Origin: Lama glama
Taxonomy: Eukaryota
Length of the DNA: 64,000 bases
NCBI GenBank assembly: GCA_028534125.1
Contig: CM052817.1
Location: 12,712,001 to 12,776,000, forward strand
Reading direction: 5' to 3'
The notes beneath the pieces were generated by a model that saw nothing but the letters and a program-made list of their open reading frames with translations, did not search any database and was not told the DNA's origin. Below are positions 61,854-64,000 of the stretch, in pieces (position 1 is the first letter of the stretch; each line of letters starts with the position of its first letter). Position numbers and translations under genes: made by a program.

Positions 61854-63244
61854 AATGACAAATATAAAGAACTAAACACAAGGCCTTGAACGTAGTGAGT
61901 ATTCAAACATGGTAAGTGCTCTTATTTCCCTTGTATTTATTACTATTTATTATTGTTATAATCTTAGGTTTCACTACATTTCCTCGGGTAGCTTATCTAC
62001 CTCTGTCAAACCAGAGCAACTGCTTCTTTCTCAAAACAGACCGTGTTTCCTCACCTCCAGGCTTCACTCATCCTGTTCCTCTGTTTCAAATGCTCTCCTT
62101 TTCTCATCTATTTGTGTGCAAAGCCTCTCCGCAATTGAATTTTTAGCTCAAATGTCAGTACCTCTGTGCTATCTTCACTGAGTACCCCCTCACCCCTCAA
62201 TCCAAAAGTACCCTCTGTGTCCCATGTCCCCACACTCAGTGCCTATACCCTGGCTTGCTGAGGTCCCATAGAAGACATTATACCTCTTGAAGCTAGAATC
62301 CAATCTCTTCAATTCTGCTTTCCGGTGTCAAGTTGGTGAATGTGTCCCTTTACCACCTAATTACATAAGAACTGACTAGTCCACAGAATAGTTAATATGA
62401 AGGCCACTTCCTCGAAATCTATTCAAATCACAAATATGATAAAAGAAATTAATAACTTCAGAAAGTATATAAAATGGCACATTGTGAGTTTAATAGAATT
62501 AAAAATGGGGAAGAAAAGGGTTGAGGCTAAAGGCACCAAAGCCTTGATGTTATGAGGAGAGAGTATATTATTATTAGGTAATTCAGATTTTTGTAATATA
62601 GCAGGGAGCCTGAAGATTTGCATACGGTTGGCTTAAACACCACTTACATGCTGTGACAAAAGAAAATTAACTGTTTTTATTGAAACACCTCACCTCGTAA
62701 GCAATTTACTTAATATGATTTGCACAGTTTCTCAAAATATGCAAAATGAATATAATATCTATTATTCATGATCATCTCAAAAAGAGCTTTTGTCAATTTG
62801 CTACTCTGATTTCCTGTCTCATTTGTAATCCATATCAGAAAAAAATTAATATTCAAAAGCTATAAAGTACCAAGACTCGGTGATAGCAAATTCTCAAAGA
62901 ATTGGGTCTTAGAGTCATCAAATATTTTCCTAAAGGAGATGCACATAATACATTTTATCCTTTAAATCCATCAGGTTAATTAAAATAAAATCATTGAGAT
63001 GACTTTGATAGAAATAAAACTGGCTCAGGAAATGGAAAAAAATGAGGATACAGAGAACTGCGGCAGATTGAAATATAAAGACTGGAAACCAGAGGACTGT
63101 GTGCCACCTCTGTCTGTCCTCCAGCTCAGTGGGCTTGGTCAAGTCATGATTCATAGCTCTTATCTCATTGCCCCACTTATAATAGAAACCTCACTGAGAT
63201 TCTTTCCATTTATAAATTTTAAGAAAGTACAAAATATTCCCACA

Positions 63245-63370
63245 TGTGTGTATATTATATATATATATACCCTTATTCATATATATATTTACAAACATAT
63301 ATACATATATGTATATAAATACATATATAAATATGTTTCTATATTTATAAACATATATTTTATTTACAAA
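63245..63370. repeat. Degenerate AT-rich (TA)n region
   Basis: Read directly. Confidence 0.8.
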
Positions 63371-63753
63371 TATTTGTCAATTATGTATCTTTTATTTGCA
63401 CATACATGGTAAAGACATTCATAGTATCCTGAATGAATTAACTGTGGCTGGGTAATAATTTTTCATTTGAATTCTTTTTCTTACTAAAAGATTTCAGGAA
63501 AAACATGAATTTTATAAGTTATATTTCAGGCTAGGTAACTTGGAAGTAAAATGCAAAGGCAGATTGGCCTGGGGGAAAGTGTATAAATGACCCCAATTTA
63601 AATACCTACTCAGCTCCTTCTAGGAGCTTGGCTTGAGTCATTTACTTATTTCTCTTCATGTACTTTCTTATTTAAATAGAGCTCAGCAGGAGCACGTTTA
63701 TCATAATGCTCCTGAAACTTAAGTCTCGAGGCCTCTCTTGCATGGATCCCCTC

Positions 63754-64000
63754 TGTAGTGAACTGAATGGTACCCATCATCCTCTCCCTGACTGAAATAT
63801 GGCCACATCTTAATCCCTGGAAGATGTGAACGTGACCTTATTTGGAATAAGGGTCATTGTAATGTAGTTAAGTTAGGAATCTTGAGATGAGATTATCCTG
63901 GATTATCTGGGTGGGCCCCAAGTTCAGTGATATGTGTGCTTATAACGGATGCACAAAGGAGAAACACACTAAAGAGAAGGCCAGGTGAGGAGGAGGCATC
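63754..64000 (+). mobile_element. MLT1B/C LTR, continuing past the window end
   Basis: tgtagtgaactgaatgg, taatccctgg..tgtgaacgtgaccttatttggaataagggtc, gattatcctggattatctgggtgggccc. Confidence 0.85.

Noticed and set aside
1..64000. Excess of minus-strand LTRs and L1s as evidence for a plus-strand host gene
   Set aside because: The bias is mild (about 12 versus 7 LTRs by my count) and not convincing.
1..64000. CRISPR arrays, operons or prokaryotic systems
   Set aside because: The sequence is mammalian and no repeat-spacer structure is present.

Overview
This is mammalian, almost certainly camelid, intronic or intergenic DNA. The lineage call rests on a tRNA-Ala-derived Vic-1-type SINE and camelid-type L1 3' ends; I saw no Alu, B1, Bov-A/BovB or PRE-1 elements. 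I cannot identify any protein-coding exon or RNA gene. The ORF track is explained by repeats, N-gaps, microsatellites or chance. Much of the window is transposon debris (L2, MIR, MaLR/ERVL LTRs, hAT and Tigger elements, several L1s), and there are three assembly gaps (100, 500 and 500 N). The most notable structure is a pair of related MER41-like ERV1 solo LTRs at 33516-34826. They lie tail-to-tail, 71 bp apart, inside one MIR, each with its own 4-bp TSD, and one carries a perfect STAT/GAS motif. Other points of interest: two three-level TE nests, a ~29-nt micro-L1 with TSD, an L1 5' end that has lost its 3' body, and a CpG-rich unique block at 5.5-6.4 kb with exon-like signals. Repeat subfamily names come from my recollection of consensus sequences and need RepeatMasker/Dfam confirmation. 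Boundaries of old repeats are approximate. I see no convincing evidence of a novel biological system.
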